A DNA stretch of 64,000 nucleotides, taken from contig JBCBSB010000008.1 of the NCBI GenBank assembly GCA_039819405.1, forward strand, positions 451 to 64,450, in the 5' to 3' direction. The stretch is from Pseudomonadota bacterium (GTDB lineage Bacteria > Pseudomonadota > Alphaproteobacteria > Caulobacterales > Parvularculaceae). The position numbers and the translations under genes were made by a program. The notes under the pieces were generated by a model. It searched no databases, was not told the DNA's origin, and saw only the letters and a list, made by a program, of their open reading frames with translations. Below are positions 49,275 through 58,493 of this stretch, piece after piece; the stretch's first letter is position 1, and each line of letters opens with the position of its first letter.

Positions 49275-49724
49275 ATGCGCATGATTTTATCCGCCTTTGC
49301 CGCTCTGATGGCGCTGACAAATACAGCGCACGCTGGCCAGATTTGGCTAACGATGGATCAGGTGCGCCCGCTTAAGCTTGAGAACCCGGCGCAAAGCATC
49401 GTCGTTGGCAACCCGGCCATCGCTGATGTGACAGTACAGGATAATGAAAACATCTTATTGTTCGGGAAAGCGCCTGGCCTTACCAATATTTATATTTTCG
49501 ATGAAAAAGGCGATGCGGTCGAAAATGTGATGATCCGCGTGCGCTCATCCAGCGCAGACATGCTGACGATGCAGCGCGGCCTGGCGCGAACAACTTATAA
49601 CTGCACAAACAATTGCGAGCCGACACTCACGGTTGGCGACGACCAGACCGTATTCACCGGCGTCTCGGCGCAAGTGCAAAACAAGCTGCAGCAGGCGACC
49701 ATGGCGGCGGGCAACGAAAACTGA
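49275..49724 (+). CDS. Pilus-formation N-terminal (secretin-N-like) domain protein, secreted
   Basis: Signal peptide, then IVVGNPAIADVTVQDNENILLFGKAPGLTNIYIFDEKG, typical of the T2SS/T3SS pilus N-terminal domain family. Confidence 0.65.
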   Translation: MRMILSAFAALMALTNTAHAGQIWLTMDQVRPLKLENPAQSIVVGNPAIADVTVQDNENILLFGKAPGLTNIYIFDEKGDAVENVMIRVRSSSADMLTMQRGLARTTYNCTNNCEPTLTVGDDQTVFTGVSAQVQNKLQQATMAAGNEN

Positions 49725-49773
49725 TTACATCAAGGCTGAGGGCCGCTGTTTGACTGTCATTCGGCGCCTTGTC

Positions 49774-50937
49774 TTACTCGCCTGGCGACTTTTCGAAATT
49801 ATAGATCCGCGGCCGTTCCTGCTGGCGAAGTTTCATCCGGCACCAGGCGTCAATTTCCCGTGCGGTTTGATCATTGGGTTGAAATTCCGGCTTCAGCACG
49901 ATGTGCGCAATCAGGCGGTTGACGCCATCGCCGCGTCGTCCCGCCTTAACATGGCACTCCCTGATCCGCGGATGCTCACGCAACGCGTCGGCGACCTGCG
50001 CCGGAAAGACATTAACCGCCCCGATTTGAACTGCGCCGTCACGCCGGCCGCCCAGACTGAACGTACGCTCCCCGGCCCATTCGAGCATATCCATCGCCTC
50101 GACGGGCTTCTCGCGGCCGTCAGGGGTCACGCGTAGCAGATCATCTCCATCGCGCCGCCAGTGATCGAAGAGGACAAACGGCTCTGTCGCGGAATCCCGC
50201 CAGCCGATGAGCCCGGATTCCGTCGACCCGTAAAGCTCGCGCATCACGCCGAACCCGGCCTTGCGCATTTCCGCACTTAATTCGTACGACATGGGCTCGC
50301 CGAACGATACCGCCATGGTGTTGTCGGGCGCCGCCAGCTCCTCGCGCATCATGTAGCGCCACAGGGTCGGCGTCGCGACCATCACATCGCCAAAAAGCAG
50401 GGTGCCGGAAAGCGCTTCAGGCGTCATGCCGCGCGCATCGACCGCTTCAATATGCTGCAAATTTGGCGTGAGCACCGAGAGGACAAATCCGAGAAGGCTG
50501 TGCGGCGCAACAAAAGATAAAAGACGGCGCCGACCGTAAAACAGATTAGCCGCAGCAGCAGCGTCCTGATAAATCTCATCAGCCGGATGAATGCACTGTG
50601 TATCATTATTATTTCGCGTCGCCGCCTTGAAGCCGAAACTTAGCAAATGCTTGTCGGCGCCCGCCGCCAGCGCCGCCGCCCAGTCGGCGATTGTGGCTGA
50701 GGCCTGCCCGTCGAGATAGGCTTCTTCAAACCCGAACAAGGCGGACATCCGTCGCGCGCACACAGCTAACTCCTCATCCGACATGCCGACGCCGCCACGC
50801 TGGAGCGGCGTTTGCGCAGACCAGCCGGCAATGGTCAGGAAATCAAAATGACGATTAAAACGGCGCGACAGCTCATCCGCGGACGCCGCGCCAATGATGC
50901 GCGCAATCTGGTCCTGGCTGATGGAAAATGACTTCAC
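49774..50937 (-). CDS. Short ANL-superfamily-like adenylate-forming enzyme (atypical)
   Basis: YGSTESG (A5-like) and GRRDGAVQIGAVNVFPAQV (A8-like) are present. No SGTTGxPK P-loop is visible. The start overlaps the pabC stop by 4 nt. Confidence 0.55.
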   Translation of the reverse strand: MKSFSISQDQIARIIGAASADELSRRFNRHFDFLTIAGWSAQTPLQRGGVGMSDEELAVCARRMSALFGFEEAYLDGQASATIADWAAALAAGADKHLLSFGFKAATRNNNDTQCIHPADEIYQDAAAAANLFYGRRRLLSFVAPHSLLGFVLSVLTPNLQHIEAVDARGMTPEALSGTLLFGDVMVATPTLWRYMMREELAAPDNTMAVSFGEPMSYELSAEMRKAGFGVMRELYGSTESGLIGWRDSATEPFVLFDHWRRDGDDLLRVTPDGREKPVEAMDMLEWAGERTFSLGGRRDGAVQIGAVNVFPAQVADALREHPRIRECHVKAGRRGDGVNRLIAHIVLKPEFQPNDQTAREIDAWCRMKLRQQERPRIYNFEKSPGE

Positions 50938-51809
50938 TGGGTCGGGGCTTTCAAAGAAAGGCTGTCGAGAAAGGACGCCTCATACCATGATTGCAAACGC
51001 TGCAAAATTTTTAAGGGCGCCGCCGGCCATACGCCCGTTGCGCCCAGCATCGCCGCAGGGCGCACGCCGATGAGGCTGTTGGTGAGGAAAACATGACCGC
51101 CATGCAGGGCCTGAACATCAAGCGGCGCCTCCCGCATCTCCACATCGATCCGGCCAAGCGCGCGCAGCAATACTCCCCTCACAATGCCCGGCAGCGCGCC
51201 CTCCTCAACCGACGGCGTTTGGACTGCGCCCTGATCGTCAATAACAAAGATATTCGCAGACGAAGCGCAGGCCACTCTGTCCTTGCTGTTCAACATAACC
51301 GCCTCATCGGCGCCGGCGCCAAGCGCTTCATTGCGCGCCAGGATGTTATCAAGATAGTTCAGAGTCTTGTGCTGTGTCGTAACGCTGTGTTCGAAACGTC
51401 GATGCTGGCTGGCCATCAGAGAAAGCGGGCTGACAGCCTCAGGCAATGGCTCAGGCGCCGCGCGCACGGTCACAAGCAGCGTTGGCCGCCCCTCTTTTGC
51501 ATCTGGAAACGCCAGGCCCCGCCCTGACGGGCCGCGCGATATCGTAAGGCGCAAGGACGCGTCACCATCTATGCCGTTCTTTTTAATTAATATGCTGATG
51601 ATCTCTTCGAGGTCCGCTGGCGCGCCAGCGGAAATATGCAAGGCGGACAGACCTTTTTGGAGACGCGCCAGATGATCATCCAGAAACGCCGCTGTTCCAT
51701 TCCGGACAAGCACAGTCTCAAAAACGCCGTCACCGAGCAAGAAGCCGCGGTCGGCGATATCAATTGCATGGGCGCCTTGCCGAAATTCTCCATTAAGCCA
51801 GTAAGTCAT
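50934..51809 (-). CDS. pabC: Class IV aminotransferase-fold enzyme, probable aminodeoxychorismate lyase
   Basis: DRGFLLGDGVFET, the fold-type IV motif K..NYL and GALPGIVR. Sits in an operon with pabAB. Confidence 0.7.
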   Translation of the reverse strand: MTYWLNGEFRQGAHAIDIADRGFLLGDGVFETVLVRNGTAAFLDDHLARLQKGLSALHISAGAPADLEEIISILIKKNGIDGDASLRLTISRGPSGRGLAFPDAKEGRPTLLVTVRAAPEPLPEAVSPLSLMASQHRRFEHSVTTQHKTLNYLDNILARNEALGAGADEAVMLNSKDRVACASSANIFVIDDQGAVQTPSVEEGALPGIVRGVLLRALGRIDVEMREAPLDVQALHGGHVFLTNSLIGVRPAAMLGATGVWPAAPLKILQRLQSWYEASFLDSLSLKAPTQ

Positions 51810-52387
51810 GTGGACCTGCGCGCATTACAGAGGGAAAGGAAATTGCGGATTATCGACATACCGTCAGAGGTTAGCAGCGATTCCGGATGAAACTGGATGC
51901 CGAACCACGGATTTTTCACGTGTGAAACCGCCATCACCTCTCCTTCCTCGCTCCAGGCGACCTCTTTCAGCGGCCCATCGGGCAGAGGTTTTGCGATCAG
52001 CGAGTGATACCGGCCCGCCAGCATCGGTGAAGCGATCCCCTCAAACACCCCTTCCCCATTATGCGAAACCTCCCGCGCTTCCCCATGCAGCGGATGCGCC
52101 GCGCGCACCGTATCCCCGCCACCAGCTTCAACAAGGCATTGATGGCCGAGGCACACCCCCAGAAGCGGCATGTCAGGCGGCATCGCGTCGATGAGGGCGA
52201 GGCTGACGCCGGCATCGGCCGGACGCTTCGGGCCCGGCGAAATCACGACCCCGGCGGGGTCAGGCGCAAGGCACTCCGCGACACTGACTGCATCATTGCG
52301 CACAACTTTCGTTTCTGCGCCGCTCTCGCGGACATAGCGCGCCAGATTATGAACAAAGGAATCGTAATTATCAATAATCAGTATCAT
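51806..52387 (-). CDS. pabA: Glutamine amidotransferase component (PabA/TrpG type)
   Basis: MILIIDNYDSFVHNL and GVCLGHQ (catalytic Cys), with GIQFHPES at the C-terminus. The ATG overlaps the pabB TGA (ATGA). Confidence 0.85.
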   Translation of the reverse strand: MILIIDNYDSFVHNLARYVRESGAETKVVRNDAVSVAECLAPDPAGVVISPGPKRPADAGVSLALIDAMPPDMPLLGVCLGHQCLVEAGGGDTVRAAHPLHGEAREVSHNGEGVFEGIASPMLAGRYHSLIAKPLPDGPLKEVAWSEEGEVMAVSHVKNPWFGIQFHPESLLTSDGMSIIRNFLSLCNARRST

Positions 52388-53736
52388 GACAGAAACCGCC
52401 ATGGGTCAATAGCGCCGCCAAGCGCCCCCGCCGCCTTAACCAGCGTTTCTTCATATTCTTTAAGCGGCTGTGAGCGCAGTGTAACGCCCCCGCCCACGGG
52501 TATGCTTAAGCGATTATTTCCGTCACCCGCCATCATCGTTCGGATCGCGACAGCGAAGTCTGCACCGCCGCCATCGTCAATATAGCCGATGGCGCCGCAA
52601 TAAGGACCACGCCCGGCGCCCTCCAGTTCTGCAATCGCGCGCATCGCTTCTATTTTTGGCGCGCCCGTAATAGACCCGCTGGGAAATAGCGCACGCAAAA
52701 TATCGGTCAGAGCGACGCCTTCCTGAAGTTCTCCCGAAATGCGTGAGACAAGGTGGTGGACGCGCGACAAGGTCATCAGTTCACAAATCGCGTCTTCCCG
52801 AATTGAAAAGTCCTTGCAGATTTTTGACAAATCATTACGCATCAAATCTGCAATCATGATGTTTTCGGCGCGGTCTTTTGGGTCGTTTTGCAGTTCGCGG
52901 GCAAGACGGGCGTCCTCATCCGCAGATGCGGCGCGCGGGCGCGTACCCTTTATCGGCTCCGCGACAATACGATTTGCCGCATTTCCCCTGGGCGGGACCT
53001 GGAAAAACCGCTCAGGCGAGTTGGAAAGAATGCCGCCTTGTTCGTATTGCAGAAACGCCCCGAAAAACGAGTCGCTGCCGCCGGCGATAAATCGGAACAA
53101 GTCGAAAGGCGAAAACGGCGCATCGGTTTCAGCGGACAGGCGCTGAGCGATATTCGTTTGATAGAAGTCACCATCGCGAATGCGCGCAATGATATCATCA
53201 ACCGCCGCAACATAGTCGCTTCGGGAAAAATTCGATGTGAGTGACGTGAACGGCGGCGGCGTCACGGGCGGCAGGTCATTGTCTCCGAGCGCCGCCTCCA
53301 ACCGCGCGCATGCCTTTTCGGAACGCCCAACAATCCAGGCCCGACGCTTCTGGCGAGAAAAAACCGCTGTGGCGTCATAGGCGCCGAACACTGCATCGGC
53401 AAAACCATGCGGGCTTGGCGGCAGGTCAAGAGACGGCTCTAGCGCAGCCAACGCCTCATACCCCACATAGCCGACCAGGCCCGACGACAAGGGCGCATCG
53501 CATGGCAAAGCCTCACGCTCAAGCGCGCGCTCATTCAGCTTCGCCTGAAGAGCTTTCAACCACGCGTCACCATCCTGCCCCTCAAGCGGCAGCACTTCTT
53601 CGGGAAATGCGACGATCACCGACCACTGCGCAGCGCTTGAAAGGTCGCCGCCATGCAACAGATGCGCGTGGACCTCTCCGGCAAGAGGGGCGAAGGCGGA
53701 ATACGGACTGCGCCATTTGATTTCCCGGCATATCAT
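52384..53736 (-). CDS. pabB: Aminodeoxychorismate synthase component I
   Basis: Chorismate-binding fold with SPERFF and GSITGAPK. The diagnostic PIKGT (Lys), rather than the PIAGT of anthranilate synthase, is present. ATG (MICREIKW) at 53736. Confidence 0.8.
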   Translation of the reverse strand: MICREIKWRSPYSAFAPLAGEVHAHLLHGGDLSSAAQWSVIVAFPEEVLPLEGQDGDAWLKALQAKLNERALEREALPCDAPLSSGLVGYVGYEALAALEPSLDLPPSPHGFADAVFGAYDATAVFSRQKRRAWIVGRSEKACARLEAALGDNDLPPVTPPPFTSLTSNFSRSDYVAAVDDIIARIRDGDFYQTNIAQRLSAETDAPFSPFDLFRFIAGGSDSFFGAFLQYEQGGILSNSPERFFQVPPRGNAANRIVAEPIKGTRPRAASADEDARLARELQNDPKDRAENIMIADLMRNDLSKICKDFSIREDAICELMTLSRVHHLVSRISGELQEGVALTDILRALFPSGSITGAPKIEAMRAIAELEGAGRGPYCGAIGYIDDGGGADFAVAIRTMMAGDGNNRLSIPVGGGVTLRSQPLKEYEETLVKAAGALGGAIDPWRFLS

Positions 53737-53832
53737 GAGGCTACTCGTAATCGCGTCATCGCCTAATGAAAAGCGCTGGCGAGATGCAGCGAACACCGCT
53801 AGCTGATCAGATTGAAAAAGTCGGAGACATCA

Positions 53833-54960
53833 ATGCCAGATTCAGCGCCACAGGCCGGCATGGCGCGTACATTTTACGGCCTGGCCATCGCCGTTCTGAT
53901 TGGCTTCATCGCCTATATCGGACGCGGTGTCCTGATCCCGTTAGTGGTGGCAGGGTTCCTGTGCTTCCTGATTTTCACACTGAAGGAAAACATCAGACGC
54001 GCGCCGTTTGTGGGCAAATACCTGCCCAACTGGCTCAGCTATCTGTTTGCTTTCGTATTGATCGGTTTCGGCATCATGCTGTTTGTCGAGATCATCAAAT
54101 CGAATGTGGAAAGCCTGCTCGAAACATGGCCGTCCTATGAGGCGCGGTTACGCTCGCTGATCCAGGAAGGTCTCGCATTTGTACGGACGCTGGATTTCCT
54201 GCCCCAGGAGCTGGTTGGCAGCGTTGAACAACTCCAACAGGCGGCAATCGATGTTATTCGACCGCTTTTATCTCAAGCGGCGGGCAGCCTTCGCGCGCTG
54301 ACATCGAATTTCGTCACCTTCATTACAGTTTTTCTGTATCTCGTCTTTATGCTGATCGAGCGGGGAAGGTTTTTCCGAAAAATCAATTTTCTCGGCTCAA
54401 GCGACCGTGAACGCCAGGCGATCAATGAAACGATCTCCGATATCGGCGTTATGGTCCGTCAGTACATCACCGTAAAAACCGTCACCAATTTAATCACAGC
54501 CATCGTCAGCTTTGCGATCATGAGTCTTATCGGCATTCAGTTTGCTGGGTTCTGGGCCCTGTTGATTTTTGTTTTGAACTACATCCCGATTTTCGGCGCC
54601 GCCTCCGCGATTACGCTGCCGGTTCTTCTGGCCCTCGTGCAGCCGGACGGCGGCGGGTTGCGTATGGCGTTGATTGCGCTGGTGTCGCTTGTCGGCTTTG
54701 AGCAAGTGATGAGCAACGGCATTGAACCGCGCATTGTCGGCCGGTCATTGAATTTGAGCCCCCTGGTGATCCTCTTTTCTCTTGGCGTCTGGGGTTCAAT
54801 CTGGGGCTTTGCCGGCCTGCTTTTGAGCGTACCGATCACCGTCACCGTGATGATCGTTCTGTCTCAGTTCAAGTCTACCCGGCCGGTCGCCGTAATGCTG
54901 TCCGATAACGGCCAGATCGCCGAAATCAAACACCCGCCTCTACAAGGCAAGGCGACGTAA
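53833..54960 (+). CDS. AI-2E (PerM/YdiK) family transporter
   Basis: Polytopic protein with NYIPIFG and a PLVILFSLGVWGSIWGFAGLLLSVP region. ATG 53833 has a ggaga RBS. TTG 53812 is an alternative start. Confidence 0.75.
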   Translation: MPDSAPQAGMARTFYGLAIAVLIGFIAYIGRGVLIPLVVAGFLCFLIFTLKENIRRAPFVGKYLPNWLSYLFAFVLIGFGIMLFVEIIKSNVESLLETWPSYEARLRSLIQEGLAFVRTLDFLPQELVGSVEQLQQAAIDVIRPLLSQAAGSLRALTSNFVTFITVFLYLVFMLIERGRFFRKINFLGSSDRERQAINETISDIGVMVRQYITVKTVTNLITAIVSFAIMSLIGIQFAGFWALLIFVLNYIPIFGAASAITLPVLLALVQPDGGGLRMALIALVSLVGFEQVMSNGIEPRIVGRSLNLSPLVILFSLGVWGSIWGFAGLLLSVPITVTVMIVLSQFKSTRPVAVMLSDNGQIAEIKHPPLQGKAT

Positions 54961-54968
54961 ACGTACGT

Positions 54969-55874
54969 CTACGCATTATCGTTCAGCACTTCCTTGATCA
55001 CTGCTGCGATGGCTTGCGCCTCATCGCGACGTCCCGATCCCTTGCGCCATGCGACGCCAATCTTTCGGCGCGGCGCCGGGGCGGCGAAAGGAATGGCGAC
55101 AAGATCAGAATTTTTCGCCAGTCCGCCCTTGATCGCCATTTCCGGCAACAGCGTCGCACCGAGGCCAGACCTGGTCATCTGCGTCAGGGTAAACAGGCTG
55201 GTCCCGCCGAACGCCGCCGGATGCGAGCGGTCGGATAAATCGCACGCATCAACAGCATGCTCTCGCAGGCAGTGCCCGTCTTCAAGCAACAGGATTTCAG
55301 CATTTTTCAAATCGTCCGTCGTCACCTTGGCTTTTGTCGCCATCTCATGCGCGGGATCGCAAGCAAACCAGAAGGGGTCTTCGCCAATCTCTTCGATCTC
55401 AACGCCGGGGATGTCATACGGGAACGCCAGGAGCGCCGCATCGATCAGCCCGGCCGCCAGACGCTCCGCCAACGCGGCGGTTAAGTCCTCACGCAAATAG
55501 AGTTTCAGTTTCGGAAAGGCGGTGTGAAGCCGACTTGTGACTTCAGGCAAAACAAAAGGCGCAATGGTCGGAATGACGCCCAGATAGAATTCCCCCTCCA
55601 GCGGCTTTCGGTCGGTGACCGCCCGGGAAAGGTCCTCCGTCGACGCCAGGATGGCGCCGGCGCGCGCCGCGACCAGCTCACCGGCCGGGGTCAGCGCAAA
55701 AGACCGCGTTGAACGGTCCACCAGCTGCGCGCCAAGCAATCCCTCCATCTCCTTGATGGCCGAGGACAGGGTCGATTGGGAAACAAGACAGTCATCAGCG
55801 GCCTTTGAGAAGGATTCCCGGCGCACCAGCGCCATGAAGAACTGCAATTGTCTGAGGGTCGGCAAGGGGGTCAT
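54969..55874 (-). CDS. oxyR: LysR-family peroxide sensor OxyR
   Basis: LysR HTH LRQLQFFMALVRRESFSKAA. The redox pair lies in LLEDGHCLREHAVDAC. Divergent from ahpC. Confidence 0.8.
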   Translation of the reverse strand: MTPLPTLRQLQFFMALVRRESFSKAADDCLVSQSTLSSAIKEMEGLLGAQLVDRSTRSFALTPAGELVAARAGAILASTEDLSRAVTDRKPLEGEFYLGVIPTIAPFVLPEVTSRLHTAFPKLKLYLREDLTAALAERLAAGLIDAALLAFPYDIPGVEIEEIGEDPFWFACDPAHEMATKAKVTTDDLKNAEILLLEDGHCLREHAVDACDLSDRSHPAAFGGTSLFTLTQMTRSGLGATLLPEMAIKGGLAKNSDLVAIPFAAPAPRRKIGVAWRKGSGRRDEAQAIAAVIKEVLNDNA

Positions 55875-56019
55875 TGAAACTCCATGAAGAATCGATATTT
55901 TCGATCATATGCCGCAATATAATCTATTTGATTAATTCTCCAAGTGGTTTATCTAACCGTCATCGCGTCCCTGCCGGGCGCGAAGACAGTTTTTCATTTC
56001 TGAACCAAAGGAGACACGC
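55875..56019. promoter_or_regulatory. Divergent oxyR/ahpC control region with a LysR-type T-N11-A dyad
   Basis: tcgatattttcga (55892..55904) is a T-N11-A box. The AT-rich ataatctatttgattaat follows. The ahpC RBS is aaaggaga. Confidence 0.3.
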
Positions 56020-56565
56020 ATGTTAGGTGTCGGCGACAAACTTCCCGACTTTTCCGTTGTTGGCGTCAAGCCGAAATTCAACGCGCACGAAGAAAACGGC
56101 GAATCCGCGTTTGAGGACCTCACGCAGGAAAGCTTTTCGGGCAAGTGGAAAATCATCTATTTTTATCCGAAAGATTTCACCTTTGTCTGCCCTACGGAAA
56201 TTGCAGAGTTTGGCCGGCTTGCGGCGGAATTCGAAGATCGCGACGCGATCGTTCTTGGCGGCAGCTCCGACAACGAGTTCTGCAAGCTCGCATGGCGCCG
56301 CGATCACCCGGATCTCGACAAGCACCCGGCGTGGAGCTTCGCCGATACAACCGGCTCTCTAATCGATGGCCTTGGCATCCGCGCGCCGGAAGGCGTCGCA
56401 CTGCGCGCGACATACATTGTTGATCCGCACAATGTTATTCAGCATGTCGCTGTTAACGGGTTGAATGTTGGCCGCAACCCGCAGGAAACGCTGCGCATCC
56501 TCGATGCTCTGCAAACAGATGAGCTTTGCCCTTGCAACCGTGCGGTTGGCGGCGACACGCTCTAA
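56020..56565 (+). CDS. ahpC: Peroxiredoxin AhpC (AhpD-coupled type)
   Basis: The peroxidatic Cys lies in DFTFVCPTEI and the resolving region in ELCPCN. Confidence 0.88.
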   Translation: MLGVGDKLPDFSVVGVKPKFNAHEENGESAFEDLTQESFSGKWKIIYFYPKDFTFVCPTEIAEFGRLAAEFEDRDAIVLGGSSDNEFCKLAWRRDHPDLDKHPAWSFADTTGSLIDGLGIRAPEGVALRATYIVDPHNVIQHVAVNGLNVGRNPQETLRILDALQTDELCPCNRAVGGDTL

Positions 56566-56693
56566 ACCCCATCAAGACGGACGCGAATGGCGGACAGCCG
56601 CCGTTCGCGCCACTTGGTTCATATATTTTTCAATCATCGGCGGCGCAGCCTTCGGGCTGAGGGGCTAACTGCACGCAATATTTGGAGGCGACC

Positions 56694-57224
56694 ATGAGCA
56701 TCAATGAATTACGAGAGAAAATCCCTGATTACGCTAAGGATATCCGACTCAATCTCGGAACGCTGGCAGGCGAACAAACCCTTACAGATCAACAAAAGTG
56801 GGGCGCTTTTTACGCCTCAGCCCTGGCCACCGGACAATCAGATGTCATCGCCGCAGTGGCTGCGGAAGTAGAAGACAAGCTCAGCGACGAAGCAAAAACA
56901 GCCGCTAAGTCAGCGGCCGCGATCATGGCGATGAACAATGTCTATTACCGTGCGACCCATTTGATGGAAGCAAGCGAGTACCAGACATTACCCGCAAAAC
57001 TGCGGATGAATGTGATCGGCAATCCCGGCGTTGAAAAAGTCGACTTTGAATTATGGTCCCTCGCCGTGTCCGCCATCAATGGCTGCGGCATGTGCCTCGA
57101 CTCGCACGAAAAAGTCGTCCGCAAAGCGGGGTTAACGACAGAGCAAGTTCAAACGGCGTTGCGCATCGCCGCTGTTGTCAACGCGGCGGCACGGATCCTC
57201 ATCTCCGAAAATGCTATCGCCTGA
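56694..57224 (+). CDS. ahpD: Alkyl hydroperoxide reductase AhpD (carboxymuconolactone decarboxylase fold)
   Basis: [12 protein letters not shown] at the N-terminus. CxxC active site [13 protein letters not shown]. ggagg RBS. Confidence 0.88.
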   Translation: MSINELREKIPDYAKDIRLNLGTLAGEQTLTDQQKWGAFYASALATGQSDVIAAVAAEVEDKLSDEAKTAAKSAAAIMAMNNVYYRATHLMEASEYQTLPAKLRMNVIGNPGVEKVDFELWSLAVSAINGCGMCLDSHEKVVRKAGLTTEQVQTALRIAAVVNAAARILISENAIA

Positions 57225-57254
57225 CCAGTTATCGTAAACTCATTAGACATAAAA

Positions 57255-57285
57255 AAGCGCTGTCGCGAATATCGCGACAGCGCTT
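57255..57285. terminator. Hairpin terminator between convergent ahpD and lipoprotein gene 1
   Basis: aagcgctgtcgcg-aatat-cgcgacagcgctt, with an A-run on the left that becomes a T-run on the minus strand. Confidence 0.7.
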
Positions 57286-57313
57286 GTAACAGAAAATTCT
57301 AACGGTCTAATAG

Positions 57314-57661
57314 TCAGCCGCCTCCGGGCACATCAACCTGAAGGTTTCGCCGCTGACCCTCATCCATAATAGACCGGGTGGCCTCTCTCATCTCACGCCA
57401 TTCGCGCGCGCTCATGCACATCCTCTTCCTTCCAAGACGAGTCGTAGTTGATGCAATGGTTCGCTTGCAAATGATCCGGTCTTCATCAGCTCCAACTGGA
57501 TTGCCCTCAGCATCCACCACCGAACCGTCGGCCATTACATCATACGTCTCAGATTCAGTATACGTCTCAGATTCAGTGTTCGCTGCAGATTGCGTTTGAA
57601 CCGTGGTGCACGCAGATAACAGAACGATTATTGCAGGCGCTACTAACATTCCATATTTCAT
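57314..57661 (-). CDS. Small lipoprotein, paralogue 1 (conserved CKR...GTRxGRKxC...EWREMREA tail)
   Basis: Lipobox LLSAC. The C-terminal 55 aa align with the ORFs at 58131 and 58910. Confidence 0.7.
   Translation of the reverse strand: MKYGMLVAPAIIVLLSACTTVQTQSAANTESETYTESETYDVMADGSVVDAEGNPVGADEDRIICKRTIASTTTRLGRKRMCMSAREWREMREATRSIMDEGQRRNLQVDVPGGG
57543..57578. repeat. 2 x 18-bp in-frame tandem repeat inside lipoprotein gene 1
   Basis: tacgtctcagattcagt(a/g) occurs twice and encodes TESETY-TESETY. Confidence 0.9.
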
Positions 57662-57847
57662 TTTAAGACTCCTTTTCACCAGTAAGCGCCTCAGAGTTAA
57701 ATGGGCGATCTCTATAACATAGCAGAAGCTTGCAGTGAGTTGAATCTAGCCAGTGCTAATATTGCTAATTTAGAGCATAGCATACTCATTTGATATCAAC
57801 AGCTTATCTTACCAGCGTTAGATAGTGCACGCCAAGCGTCACATCAT

Positions 57848-58129
57848 GTGACCGGCAATCCCGGCATTGAAAAAGTTGACTTTGAACTTTGGTCGCTCGC
57901 CGTCTCCGCCATCAATGGCTGCGGCATGTGTCTCGACTCTCACGAAAAAGTCGTCTGCAAAGCGGGGCTGACAACGGAACAAGTTCAAACAGCGCTGCGT
58001 ATCGCTGCTGTCGTCAATGCGGCGGCCAGAAAATACAAGCCGATGAGGCTCTTTAGCGCAAATCTTAAGATATACAAAAAAACCGCCGCACATGATGCGG
58101 CGGTTTTCGATTTTTTGAATTCAGCTTAG
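57848..58129 (+). pseudogene. Duplicated 3' fragment of ahpD
   Basis: 57846..58026 aligns with 57010..57190 at high nucleotide identity and retains [13 protein letters not shown]. It lacks the N-terminal ~105 codons, and the reading frame runs through a terminator hairpin. Confidence 0.7.
58079..58106. terminator. Bidirectional hairpin terminator
   Basis: aaaaccgccgca-catga-tgcggcggtttt, flanked by an A-run and a T-run. Confidence 0.8.
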
Positions 58130-58130
58130 A

Positions 58131-58493
58131 TCAACCGCCGCGAGGCGTATCGACCTGAAGATTACGGCGCTGACCTTCATTCAGGATATCTTGCGTAGCT
58201 TCCCGCATTTCCCGCCATTCACGCCAGGACCGGCATTCTTTTCTACCAAAACGAGTGCCAGTCGGAATAACCCGCTTGCAAATAATCCGGTCGTCACCGA
58301 CTTCAGCCTGAGCCTTAGTAACCTCGCCCTCGCCTTGAGCACCTTCCGCCGCAGCTTCGGCTTCGCTCGCCTCTTGCTGGATAGCAGAAGCTGCCTCCTC
58401 TTCCGTATTCAAAGCAGATTGAAGTTGCGGTGTCGCGCAAGCTCCCAAAGCCAATGAGCCGATAACTACCGCGATTCCTTGAAGTTTCATCAC
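58131..58493 (-). CDS. Small lipoprotein, paralogue 2
   Basis: Lipobox LALGAC. The middle is acidic and Ala-rich. The conserved tail is DRIICKRVIPTGTRFGRKECRSWREWREMREATQDILNEGQRRNLQVDTPRGG. Confidence 0.7.
   Translation of the reverse strand: MMKLQGIAVVIGSLALGACATPQLQSALNTEEEAASAIQQEASEAEAAAEGAQGEGEVTKAQAEVGDDRIICKRVIPTGTRFGRKECRSWREWREMREATQDILNEGQRRNLQVDTPRGG

Noticed and set aside
57848-58129. 93-aa ORF as an intact small AhpD-like gene
   Set aside because: It lacks the N-terminal half of the fold, its tail is read through a terminator hairpin, and I could see no RBS. I called it a pseudogene or fragment, while noting that the CxxC is intact.
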